A stretch of DNA of 54,653 nt from a virus (lineage: Duplodnaviria > Caudoviricetes), in IMG/VR virus record IMGVR_UViG_3300021368_000936, positions 1-54,653 of that record. One strand, 5' to 3'. Shown piece by piece: positions 6,432-18,300 of the stretch; the stretch's first letter is position 1; each line of letters opens with the position of its first letter. The notes beneath the pieces are model-generated. The model ran no database searches and was not told the origin of the DNA. It saw nothing but the letters and a program-made list of their open reading frames with translations. The translations under genes and the position numbers were made by a program.

Positions 6432-6578
6432 ATGGCAAGAGCAAAAGTCGGACTGAGTGGTCAGAAACTGATCGAGGCTACTCCCAAATCTACCCGTCAG
6501 GGTATGGGGAAGAACACGAAGTATGCTGCCACTAGCAGAAACAAAGCAAAGAAGAAGTATCGTGGACAAGGTAAGTGA
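6432..6578 (+). CDS. 48-aa basic protein ending KKKYRGQGK (gp5.1-like small protein preceding gp25)
   Basis: Hand-translated; GAGG RBS; YRGQG C-terminus is typical of T4-like marine phages. Confidence 0.8.
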   Translation: MARAKVGLSGQKLIEATPKSTRQGMGKNTKYAATSRNKAKKKYRGQGK

Positions 6579-7080
6579 AGTAAGAGAATGGATTAAGCAT
6601 GTTTCTATGAAGCGTGGGGAACTTGGTGGGTATGCCATATGTCCCTACGCTTTTTCTGCGTCTGTTCGTATAGAGGAACGCGCTCTGAGCGAGGTGACTC
6701 TGATAGAAGGCGCGGATGTAACCGTTTTTATTGTTGGAGACTGTAGCGTTGCTGCTATGATGGCAACCGTTGATACTCTTAATATGATGTATAGAGATCA
6801 TATATGGTTAGACGACCATAAAGACGAACCAACGTTTATAAACGGCGTTCAAAGTAATTTTGGTAAAGATAATCTTATTTTGTGTCAGCGCCGAGATAAA
6901 TTACTAGAGGCGAGACAAAAGCTTCATAAAACCGACTATTATAGTCATTGGCACCAAGAAATGTACGAGAGGATCATCCATGGCAAATTCACCAGTAGAC
7001 AAGAGCAAACAGTTCGTCGAATCTGGAATGACACTCATAACGGATCAAGCAGCGGACAAATGGTTGAAGATGTATTGTGA
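6562..7080 (+). CDS. Hypothetical protein with W...LGG.AICPYA motif (DUF1415-like)
   Basis: ORF track gives 6523..7080; in-frame GTG 6562 preferred because it reduces overlap. Confidence 0.65.
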   Translation: MDKVSEVREWIKHVSMKRGELGGYAICPYAFSASVRIEERALSEVTLIEGADVTVFIVGDCSVAAMMATVDTLNMMYRDHIWLDDHKDEPTFINGVQSNFGKDNLILCQRRDKLLEARQKLHKTDYYSHWHQEMYERIIHGKFTSRQEQTVRRIWNDTHNGSSSGQMVEDVL

Positions 7081-7153
7081 ACGTAATGATAGAAAGAAGT
7101 TAGCGAACTTCCTTAGTCAAGCAGAATGGGACGATGGTTTTGTTGGGAAGTAA
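6980..7153 (+). CDS. Hypothetical protein, 57 aa (MANSPVDKSKQFVESGMTLITD...)
   Basis: GAGAGGA RBS, ATG 6980, TAA 7151-7153. Not in the ORF track. Confidence 0.7.
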   Translation: MANSPVDKSKQFVESGMTLITDQAADKWLKMYCERNDRKKLANFLSQAEWDDGFVGK

Positions 7154-7155
7154 GA

Positions 7156-7161
7156 TAAATA
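7156..7161 (+). promoter_or_regulatory. T4-type late promoter core TAAATA
   Basis: Intergenic, 18 nt upstream of gp25. Confidence 0.7.
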
Positions 7162-7179
7162 GTCAATAAAACTGTCTTC

Positions 7180-7572
7180 ATGCCTGAATTCCAGACATTT
7201 AAGGATTTCAACATCAACTTTAAGCCTCATCCTGTAACAGATGACTTACAAGTTGTAAAAGATAGTGCAGACATCAAACAGTCTATTAAGAGTCTCTTAT
7301 TGACCCGAAAGGGTGAGAGACTCTTTAATTCTGATTTGGGAACTGCTCTAGCGGATTTATTGTTCGAACCTTTGGATTTTGGTACGGCAGCGATCATACG
7401 AGATGAGATTTATGAAGTCATCAATAAGTATGAACAGAGAATTGAAATTCGTGAACTGAATGTTGATACTAACTTTGATGATAATGGTTATGACATTAAT
7501 TTAGAATACTCGATTCGTGGTAGAGCGGATCTACAAACAAACATCGAATTCTTCCTAGAGAGCACTAGATAA
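7180..7572 (+). CDS. gp25: Baseplate wedge subunit gp25
   Basis: IKQSIKSLLLTRKGERLFNSDLGT...LLFEP...YEQRI motif; position before gp6. Confidence 0.93.
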   Translation: MPEFQTFKDFNINFKPHPVTDDLQVVKDSADIKQSIKSLLLTRKGERLFNSDLGTALADLLFEPLDFGTAAIIRDEIYEVINKYEQRIEIRELNVDTNFDDNGYDINLEYSIRGRADLQTNIEFFLESTR

Positions 7573-7574
7573 CC

Positions 7575-9380
7575 ATGGCGTCATACGTACAAGTATCAAA
7601 CTTAGACTTTCAAGACATTAAGACTGCTCTCAAGGAATATTTGAGAGCACAGTCTGACTTTACGTCGTATGACTTCGAAGGATCGTCAATGAGTGTCCTA
7701 TTGGACATTCTTGCTTATAATACGTATTATACAGCGTTCAACGCCAACATGGTGGTGAACGAACTGTTCCTGGACTCAGCAACCCTCAGGGACAACGTTA
7801 TTGCCCTTGCCAAGCAGTTAGGGTATAGACCCAAGTCAAAGGTCGCTCCAGAGGCACGGGTGACCTTCTCTGTGACCTATCCTGGTGCTTCTCCAAAAGT
7901 ATCTGTACTACAGAAGGGAACAGGTTTCACAACTGTATTCAATGATACACTATATTCTTATGTAACAGTTGATGACCAGTCGGTGCCTGTGGAAAACGGC
8001 GTTGCTTACTTTGATGGCATCCCTATCTATGAAGGAACCCTGATTACCAGCACTTATGTTGTCAATACCTCTCTACCCTCCCAGAGGTTCATTATTCAGA
8101 ACCCAGGCGTCGATACTAGTTCTGTAAGGGTAAAGGTATACGAGAGTGCTCAATCGACCTCCTACGCCGTTTACGACTATGCTGAGAACATTCTCAATGT
8201 AGACTCCCAGTCCAAAGCATTCTTCCTTGATGAAGTAGAGGATGAGCGTTATGAATTGTTCTTTGGTGATGGAGTTCTAGGCAGCAAACTCGACAATGGT
8301 AACAAGATCGAGATTACATACCTAGTTACTAATGGTGCTGACACCAATGGAGCGAAGAGCTTTACCTTTAATGGTGTCATTACTGATAAGTTTAGCAACA
8401 CTGGATTCGTCTATAACGTTTCTGTCAACTCTTCAGCAACCGTAGCAGCAAATGGTGGTGCTGGTATCGAGTCGATCTCCAAGATCAAATACAACGCTCC
8501 AAAGTATTTCAGCACTCAAGACCGTGCTGTTACTGCTAATGACTATGGCAGCATTGTAAGAAACATCTATCCTGCTATCTCGGACATCATCACGTTTGGT
8601 GGTGAAGAGGATGATCCACCAGAATACGGCAAAGTAAAGATTGTCATCAAACCAGAAAACGCCAGTTTCTTGTCTTCTACTACAAAGAAGAACATTGTAG
8701 ACAAGATGAGAGAGTATATGGTTGCTTCTGTCACTCCAGAGATCATTGACCCCTCTATTCTCTATATTGAGGCAACTAGTGCCATCTATTACAACACTTC
8801 AGTAACTACAGAGAAACCCGAAGAGATTAGAAACAAAGTTATCTCAGGAATCAATTCTTACCTGGCACAATCTACGGTAGAGAAGTTCAACGGCAAGTTC
8901 CGTTATAGTAAGTTTGTATCAACTATTGACAATAGTGATCGCTCTATTTCCTCTAATGCCACGACGATTATGATGAGGAAGGATTTCTATCCTCAGATCA
9001 ATTCTACGTCATTCTATGAGGTTTGTTATCAGAATGAATTTGATGAACCTTGTGATGGTCCAACCCTGATGTCTACAGGGTTTAAAGTCACTGAGTTCCC
9101 TTCATACACAGTGTATTTTGAAGATAGGGATGGCATAATCGTCCTATATAGATTAGACAGTTTGACTGGCGAAAAAATCACATTGAACGATTCTATTGGA
9201 ACCGTTGATTATGTGAAAGGTGAGATCAAATTGTATGATGTAACTATCATCCAAGGTAGTTTCAGTGATAATAAAATTGAAATTCGTGTCAAACCCAAGT
9301 CGAATGATATTAATGCTTCTAGAGAACTATATCTAGATGTTGATGTAACTAAGAGTAAATTCACGGTATACCCAGAGTAA
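7575..9380 (+). CDS. gp6: Baseplate wedge subunit gp6
   Basis: LDFQDIK...YDFEGS...LLDILAYNT...FLDSATLR and QDRAVTANDY motifs. Confidence 0.95.
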   Translation: MASYVQVSNLDFQDIKTALKEYLRAQSDFTSYDFEGSSMSVLLDILAYNTYYTAFNANMVVNELFLDSATLRDNVIALAKQLGYRPKSKVAPEARVTFSVTYPGASPKVSVLQKGTGFTTVFNDTLYSYVTVDDQSVPVENGVAYFDGIPIYEGTLITSTYVVNTSLPSQRFIIQNPGVDTSSVRVKVYESAQSTSYAVYDYAENILNVDSQSKAFFLDEVEDERYELFFGDGVLGSKLDNGNKIEITYLVTNGADTNGAKSFTFNGVITDKFSNTGFVYNVSVNSSATVAANGGAGIESISKIKYNAPKYFSTQDRAVTANDYGSIVRNIYPAISDIITFGGEEDDPPEYGKVKIVIKPENASFLSSTTKKNIVDKMREYMVASVTPEIIDPSILYIEATSAIYYNTSVTTEKPEEIRNKVISGINSYLAQSTVEKFNGKFRYSKFVSTIDNSDRSISSNATTIMMRKDFYPQINSTSFYEVCYQNEFDEPCDGPTLMSTGFKVTEFPSYTVYFEDRDGIIVLYRLDSLTGEKITLNDSIGTVDYVKGEIKLYDVTIIQGSFSDNKIEIRVKPKSNDINASRELYLDVDVTKSKFTVYPE

Positions 9381-9386
9381 GATTAG

Positions 9387-12300
9387 ATGGCAGCCAAGAA
9401 GAGAAGGTTATCGTCCCTGATCGAGTCACAACTCCCAGGGTTTATCCAGTATGAGTACGAAAATTTCTCGAAGTTCGTAGAAAAGTATTACGAACAGCAG
9501 GAGTCTGCTGGTCAACCGTTGGATATTGTCTCTAATCTAAATCAGTATAGAGATATCAATTTTTATGAAAAGAACCTACTAAATCAACAATCTACACTAT
9601 CTGGTTCTATTGCTGCTGACGCTAGTTCTTTTGAGGTGGCACGTGATGGGGATTCCTTCCCTGAAGAGAACGGTTATGTTCAAATTGGTGACGAGATTCT
9701 ATTTTATCAGACTAGAAGCGGCAATGTTTTTAGTGAAGTCTCTAGAGGTGTAAGTGGTAACACCACCCTAGGAGATTTGTATACCAAGTCAGCATTCGTT
9801 ACAACTGCTGCTGTCCCACATTATCAAGGTGATGTTGTAAGAAACATCAGTAATCTATTTCTATATGCTCTAGTTAAGGAATTTGAGAAGACATATCTGT
9901 CTGAATTCCCAGAAGCATATCTCAAAGAGGGTGTCGATAAAAGATCCCTAATTAAAAATATTTCTTCGTTCTACAAGGCAAAGGGCACCGACAAGTCGAT
10001 CAAGTTCTTGTTTAACGCTATCATTACTGATGATCCACTAGATGTACCTGAGGTTGTCAAACCAAAGAACTACACACTTAAGGCATCTGTATCAGATTGG
10101 ACTAAAAACTATTCACTAAAGGTAAAAGTAAACACTGGTGATGTATTCAGTCTAATTGGTGAGCGTATCACCCAAGAGATTGATGGTTACGATAAAGGCA
10201 TTGAGTTTGCTCAGGCAGTTGTTGATAATGTCATCTCTATTGGTAGTGATGGTCAAGAAGACTTGTACGAGGTTATTCTAGAACCATCTACAGTCAATGG
10301 TCAGTTCCAAGTTTCTGGTAGAACTGAAACTACTGTCATATTGTCTGCCACTGCTACTAGTAATGATACAATCACTGTCAAGTCTACAATGGGATTTCCC
10401 AAGACGGGCAAGATTCTAGTTGGTGATGAAGTTATTACATATAAGGACAAAACTGTTAATCAGTTTATTATCGATCAACGTCTTGGTCCTATCAGAAACC
10501 ACAATATCGGTAAGAGCGTATTCCGTTATTCTACTATCACTGGTGGTGATGTAAAGATCACTACACTAGGTTTGTTGTACAACCTATTGCCATCCGAGCA
10601 AGCACCATATTCTGTTCGTGGTGATATGGTCCAAGTTGGAGACGCTGGTTTCCAAACTAATGATCCTATTATCTTCGATACTATTCTAGGAAGGAATAGA
10701 TGGAGAATCAATGAATCTCCATCGACTCAAACTGTTCAGATCAAAGGAGTCACTAAACAGTTCGTCGGTGATGTAGGAGCAGTGTTTGAGGATGACCAAT
10801 ACTATTATATTGCCTCTTCTTCATATCCTTCTGGAAATATTCTTGTAGATACTCAGTATGGCGAGAATCTACTAGACCAAAAGCACCTAAAACTAATTCG
10901 TAAGCAACCTGTAACCACCACAGAAGTATATGAAACTTCTAATAGAGATGTTGGTATTTTCATTGATGGTGTTCCTGCTTTGGGATACAAATCTGATGAA
11001 TTCGTCAAGCAAGGTGCTATTGAGTCGGTAACTGTTGAGAACAGAGGATTCTCTTACGCTAACCCACCATTTATTCTTGTCAATGAGCAACCTGGCAAAG
11101 CAAGGTGTACACTCAATGGTAATGTTCTAAATGAAATTGAAATTCTAACTACAGAAAACTTTGATGACGATCCTGCTATCAGAATCACTTCTGGTGAAGG
11201 GGCAGTTCTAGAACCAGTAATTACTGCTGGTGCTATTACTAGCATGAATGTCATTAATGCTGGTAGATACTATTCTACACCACCAGTCATTCGTATCGTA
11301 GACCAACTTGGTAAAGGTAACTTTGCTGAGTTTGAAGCAATTCTTGATTCTGATGGTAGTATTAGTGAAGTCAAAAAGATTTCTAAAGGTAGATTCTACA
11401 CTAGAGGATATACTAACGTTTTTGTTGAATCAGTTGGCAAGGGTGCTGTTGCTTCGGCAAAAATCAAGCGTTGGGTATATAACCGCTACGAGCAGATCAA
11501 AAATAATGTAGATAGCAGCAATGGCACAGTATTTGCTAACTACAACCCATTGAGAGATTATGGTTATGCTTATGTTGCTAATCCAGTTAATGCTAGAAAG
11601 AAAGCATATTCTAGTGACAGTGCTTATAATGCCAACTTGATCAATGAGAATATCCACTCTCCTATTATTGGTTATGCCTATGATGGCAATCCAATCTATG
11701 GACCAATTGGATACAGCGATCCTGTAGATACTGGTTCTTCTCTAACAAAACTTGCTAGTGGTTATGATCTTAAAGGTTCGAGACCAAATGGTCCTGATAC
11801 TGGTAAGTATCCACTCGGTACATTTATTGATGACTATCAGTGGGTTCCTAGTGTAAACTCTGGCAAAACTGAACTAGATCAGAACAATGGTAGATTCTGT
11901 GTAACACCAGAATATCCAAATGGTACATACGCTTACTTCATTACTGTAGACTCTAATGAAGTTCCTCAGTTCCCATATCTTCTTGGTAAGAACTACTATT
12001 CACTGCCAGTAGATTCTAACTACAATTCTAATATTTCTCAGGATGATATTCCTGTAGGGTTGAAAGCACTCAGATCTAGTCTATCTGAAAGTAATGGTAG
12101 TGAGTTCGGTGCTTTGATTCAAGATGTCAAAAAAGGTAATATCTCTTCTGGTTACGTAGAATCTTCTACTGATAACTTCTCTCCTGGTAACACTGTATAC
12201 TTAAACAATACCAAAACTGATGGTGGCGGTGCTGTTGTCAATGTAGATCGTGTTACAGGTGTTGATGTTTCGTCGATTGAATGTACTCAGACAAAAGCAA

Positions 12301-15300
12301 CACAAATTAAAATTCAAGAAAGTGGATATTTGTTCGCTGGAGATGAAATTAGTCAGACAGGAGAAGATGGTGGCATCATTGCTACTGGAGATCTTATTGG
12401 TGATGTATTCAATGCCAGTGAATTAGTTCTCAGGAATGTTAATGGAACATTTAACACAACTAGACCTATTGATTCCGAAACTATTGTTGTAACTCTAGTT
12501 TTGGATTCTGACGCCAACTTTACTGCTGGCGCTACGATGAGATTGACTAATGATGACAATGAAGATCAAGCGACTGGCGAAATCTTAGAAAGTACAAGCA
12601 GACAGAACTCTGTTAAGGTAAAGGTAACTAGTAATGCCAATTTCTTTGTTACATCTAATTATTACCTAAGAAGTTCTAACCTCAGTGATAGCAACCGTGT
12701 AGAGATTATTTCTATCAACTCACTAAGCACAGGTCTAAATCCATTCTCTGTAAATGAGAACATTGCTATTGCTACTACCACAACCAATCACAATCTAGGA
12801 GCAGGCGATCAAGTAGTTGTAGATATTCTACCAGATGACGCTTCTACCGAAACCGAGTATTATGTAAGAAAGCGTTTGTATCAAACTGCTACTGCTTTAC
12901 AACCACAGCACAACTCTACTATTACTGATCCTGGTATTGGTAGTGCTGATGTTTTGAATAGTGGTCTTGGTTATACTGCCGACACTTATTATGAGGTTGA
13001 ACTAATTTTTGTGGATTCTACCCAAGCAAGGCCTGGTGTGGGTCTACCTGGGGATGCTGGTAATGCTTTGGCAACTATTGATGTATCCAATCCACAAGGT
13101 CTAGGATCTGGTGGTGTTGGATCTATTTTGATTACTACTAAGGGTAAAGGATATCGGAAAGGCGATCGTCTAACAGTTTCTGATGCTGCCCTACAAAGGT
13201 CTGTTGGTGAATCTAGACCAGATAGATTGATTCTGGAAGTAGATCATGTTGGATTTGCTTATAGCAATACTGTTCTTAAACTAACTAACGTAAACAATCT
13301 ATCTCAGGAAGATTTCATTCAGATTGGTCCAGAAGTTCTTAAGGTTACTGCTGTTGATACTACTACTGATGAAGTTACTGTTGAAAGAGGACAGCAAGGT
13401 ACAACTCCAACCAATCATTACGATGGTGCTACCGTAACACTAAAAGATGGATTCTATAGATTTAGTGATGACTTTAGACCATTCGGTGATGATATCACTA
13501 AACCATATCTCAATCAGTACAATTCTGAAACTCATGTAATTGATGTTTCATATGATTACAATGCCAATCAACCACAGGTATTGTCTAACAGTTCATCGTT
13601 CTTCGATAGCTCTATTCCACAGAAACTAGTTCAGTTTAAAACTGTTGAGGAAGAAGCATTCAAACTTGAGTTTTCCACAGACAATACAAATTTCCAAATC
13701 AATCCTGTTCTTGATGTTCAGAAGTATTACAAATATACTTTTGATGTTAGTCACTTCTCGATGCTTGACACATATCTAGATTTTTCATCTAGTGCTAACT
13801 ATAATATCTTTACTGAAGAAAAAGAGACTAGTGGTATTGCTCCTGGTAATGCTGGTGCTTTTGTGTCCATTAAATTGGGATTTGGACCTGCTATCTCTAC
13901 GAATACTTATCAAGAAAGAAGAGCAATTAATTTCCAGAACTACTTCTACTTTATTAAGGTATCTCCTAATGTAGACACTAGTGGTTCTTATCTAAGGATT
14001 ATTGACGATCCATTGACAGGAATCAAGAATGTCTTGTACAGCACAGAAACCAAGTTTGTTTATGGGGTCAATGAAACTCCAGCATACGATGGTAGTGGTA
14101 CAATGTCGTATATTACTAGCGCCAGACTTGCTGAAGGTAACATCCACTCTGTCAAAGTAGTCAACACTGGTGAGGGATATGCTAAGATTCCTACTGTATA
14201 TGGTGTCCAACCAACTGCTGTAAACGAAGCATTTGTTGATCCTGTATGGGATCCTGTTCTACAGGTTGTTACTGGTTTTAATATCACGGATCAAGGTGGT
14301 GGTTATTCTAAACCAGTTGTCTTGTTAACAGACACTGATGGCATCAAATATGAGTATGAGTGTAGTCATCTAAACGGTAAACTCAGTCAAGTTGCTGTAT
14401 TGAAGCAAGGCAGTGGATTTACATATAAACCAACAGCAAAAATCATTGAATCTGATGTAAAGATCTATCTAGAGTCTAACAACATTGGTTTGCCACAAAA
14501 TGTCAAGATCAATAATCCTGGTCGTGGTTTTAATGCTGACAAATCTCAGTTGGGTTCTTACGAATCTCCAACAACATTTGTTCTAAGAAACATTAGTGAT
14601 CGATTCTTCTCTGGTGAGAAAATTAGACAGTTGACAACAAATGCTACTGCTGTTGTTGCTCAAGATGGTTTTAGAGAGGGAAGCAACCTGCTGAAAGTCG
14701 TTGCTATCACTGGGGTTTTCGATAGTGGTAGTGAGATTACTTCTGTTCTTGGTGGCAGAACCGCTACACTGTATGCTCAGTTGTCTACAGAGTTTGAACC
14801 TGATATCAGGTCTTATGTAGACAATTTTGGATACTATACTTCTGATAGAGGTAAACTTAGTAATGCTAACCAGCGTCTACAAGACTCTTTCTTCTATCAA
14901 GACTATTCTTATGTAATTAAGTCGAAGACTTCTATTACTGAGTGGAGAGACCTAATTAAGAAGACTACTCACCCAGCTGGATTCCAGATGTTTGGTGAGA
15001 TGGTTGTTGAGAGTCAAGGTGAGGCACCAATGCCTACCACTCAACCATCGCTTAATTATGTTAGCACGATTGAACTACCACCTGTACAGATTACATCTCT
15101 AACTTCATCCAAACTTGTTACTGTTATTCAACAGAAATTAGAGCAACTCAAAGTAGAAGAGGGTCGTGGTTCTATTTCTATCGATACGTTTGATGCTACT
15201 GAGACGGTTACTTACAATGTAAGTCTTTCTCCTGCTTTTGATGGTACGTTCGATCTATCTACAGGCAACTTGGTTGGTAACACCGAGTTTACTCTAATTG

Positions 15301-18300
15301 ATAAGAAGAACAATCTACCACTACAACTTACCAAAAATGAGCAACTCATCTGTACTCTAGATGGTATTTTCCAAGAACCAGGCGAAGCATTTACTATTAG
15401 TGGCAACAGAATCACTTTTGCCGAACCTCCTCTTGGTGCCCGTGTTGTAGAGGGTCAAGATGTTGACCCTGTTAAGTTCTATGGTAGAGCAATCAAATTC
15501 AAGGAATCTGCTCTTAATGACAGATACTTTAGAAAGATTAAATCAATTGCTGATCAGTTTGATGGCAACACCACAGACTTCTCTCTATATTGGGAAGATG
15601 GTACTATCGTCAAGACAGAAGATACCGAGAATCTAATTGTTGGTTTGAATGGTGTTATTCAGAAAGCAAGAACTACCGAAACCGAACCATTTGGCAATTC
15701 TTACTCTATCATTAGAGATGAAGATGATACTGTAGCAGATATCATTCGTTTTACAAAACCACCTATTGATAATGAAGATCTTTATGGACCCCCTGAAGAA
15801 CTTCCAGAAATTCTTAAGAATTATGAGAAGTGCTTTATTTACAGCATTGGTAGTTATGAGCGTTTGAAGATTAACTCCGATTTGTATGAATATAGATTTG
15901 GTGGACCATATCTGATCCAAGATGAAGTAACTAATTCTGTAAGAAAAATTGATGATCCGAAGTATGCTTTGGTCTTTATTGATGGTGTTCTACAGAGAGA
16001 TACTGATTCTTACACTATCGTCGGTCCAAATATTACCTTTACCAAACCACTTCAGTTCTCCGAGAACTCTGCTGGTAATAGAGCGGTACAAGATGTTAAC
16101 ATCATTTTGATGTATGGTAGAGATGTAGCAAAGACTCTTACTTTCTACGATTTCGAACCATTTTCTTACAGAAATACTATTAGTGTAACACTACGTGGTG
16201 CTGGTATTGGCACTAGAATTAGACCTCAACTTGATCAATTCGCTGGTCAAAACTTCCACCTCAAGCAAGGTGGAACTATCGTTGGTAAAGTACAGAATGT
16301 ATCTAACGAGTTTCCTGACGAAGCTATTCTTACACTACAGCATAATGTAAACGTTGAGTTTGATGAAAATACAGGTCTAGACATCTGTCTAGCAGAAGAC
16401 ACATATACGGTATATCCTATTACTGGACCATATACTGTAGAAGCGACCTATAAGACAGATGACGAAGGTGAAAGAGTTCTAGAGAAGAACGTTCCTTCTT
16501 GGTTGTTTGGTGTTGAAGCTGGTCTCGAAGCATGGAATAACAAGAATTCTATGTTTGCCAACTTGCTACCTGGAGACAAGATTCTCATTGATGGCGAGAG
16601 CGAGTATCGTGAGATTATAAGAACTCCTGATCAAGTATACACCAAGTCATATGTTAATGAGTATTATATTGAAAATGAGCACTATGCTAAGGTTCAGGCA
16701 ACTAACTATGAAGGTGATACTGAAGGCGAAGGTTTAAGTATTACTGCTAGTGTAAACCAGTTTGGTGCTATCACTACTCTCAATGTTGCTGACGTTGAGT
16801 TTAACCAGAGAGACCTGTCACTATACTTCGACGAAGGTATTCTTCTACAACCAACTGCTTACGAATACTTCACTACCCCTGAAGTTCACTTCATTCCTGT
16901 TGACGGCAATGGTGGTGGAGCAAAAGCAGAAGTTATCGCTTATGGTGGTCAGATTCTTGATGTTGTTCTAACTAATGGTGGTGCTGGATACACCCAACCA
17001 CCAAGAGTTGTAGTAGCAAGAAGATATAAGAGAATTAAGGAACAGACCCGTAAGATTGATACTCTAACAGAAATCAGAATCCAAACGGAAATTGATTCTG
17101 TCTTCTCTATGATCGGTAATACCGAGATTAGAATTGAGGGTGGTCCATTCAGTCCTCAGGCTATTGCTTCTATTGTCAGTTTTGGTGGATTTGATCCAGA
17201 ACTGAACACTAATAGACAGATTATTGCTGGCATTAATACTCTCTTTGGTGAAGAACGTGACGCTAGAATGACTGATGAGAAGTTCCCAACTTCTATCGAT
17301 ATTAAGACCCCAGCATTCATTACTCCAGTAGTTATTGAACTCAATACCGAAAGAGTTCTTACCCAAGTCATTGGTGGTGTTGTTGGATTCGAAGCACTTG
17401 CTACTCTGGAGACTATTACTACAGAGGAAATCAATAAGATCATTCAGATCAAGGCAAACAAAGCATTTGAACCAAAAGGCATTCCAACATCTGGTGGTCT
17501 TGGAACATTTGTTGATGCTCCTATCTCCGATACCTCTACTATCATCTATGCTGCCAATACTCAAGGATTCCCAGATACTCCTGCCAGAATCCTTATTGGT
17601 GGTGAATACATTTACTATAGAAGAAAAGAAGACGACAGATTCCTTGACGTTGTTAGAGGATATCAGGGAACTACCGCTATTGCTCACAACCCTGGCGATC
17701 TAATTCTATCTCAACCTGAATTCACTGTTCTTCTCTCTGGTGGTGTTAATACTATCCTCAGTGAGGGTAGCGTTGCTCAATCTTCTGTAACTAATATAGA
17801 GAAGACAGCACAAATTCAGTCTATCAGTGAAGTTATTGATACTTTCACAAATATCAATGAAATAAAGCAATCTATTGATCTAGAAGAAGAAGTTATTCTA
17901 GAGCGTGTAGATAAGCAGATCACCATTATCCCACCAACATCATATAATATTGTTACTGAGACACATGCTACTCATTCTAGAGTCTTCAAAGCATCTGCTG
18001 GTCTTGCTGATGTATTTGGTGTAAGTGGTGAAGTTCTAACTGCTGGTCCAGAAGTAACTGAAATTCAGTTGACTCAAGAACAGCAAATTGAAGTTGATAA
18101 CCTTTCAACTGTTTCTTCTGTTTCTATTGGTAGTGTTGCTGCCACAGCAACCTCTACTTCTAAGGTAGTAACTACTTCACATGAGTCTACACTTATTACC
18201 AACACAGTTGCATTTGATGTTCTGTCTACTGTAACTAGTGTATCCACACAGATTATAGAGAATCCACAAACTCGTATTGATTCTCTATCGTCTAACATTG

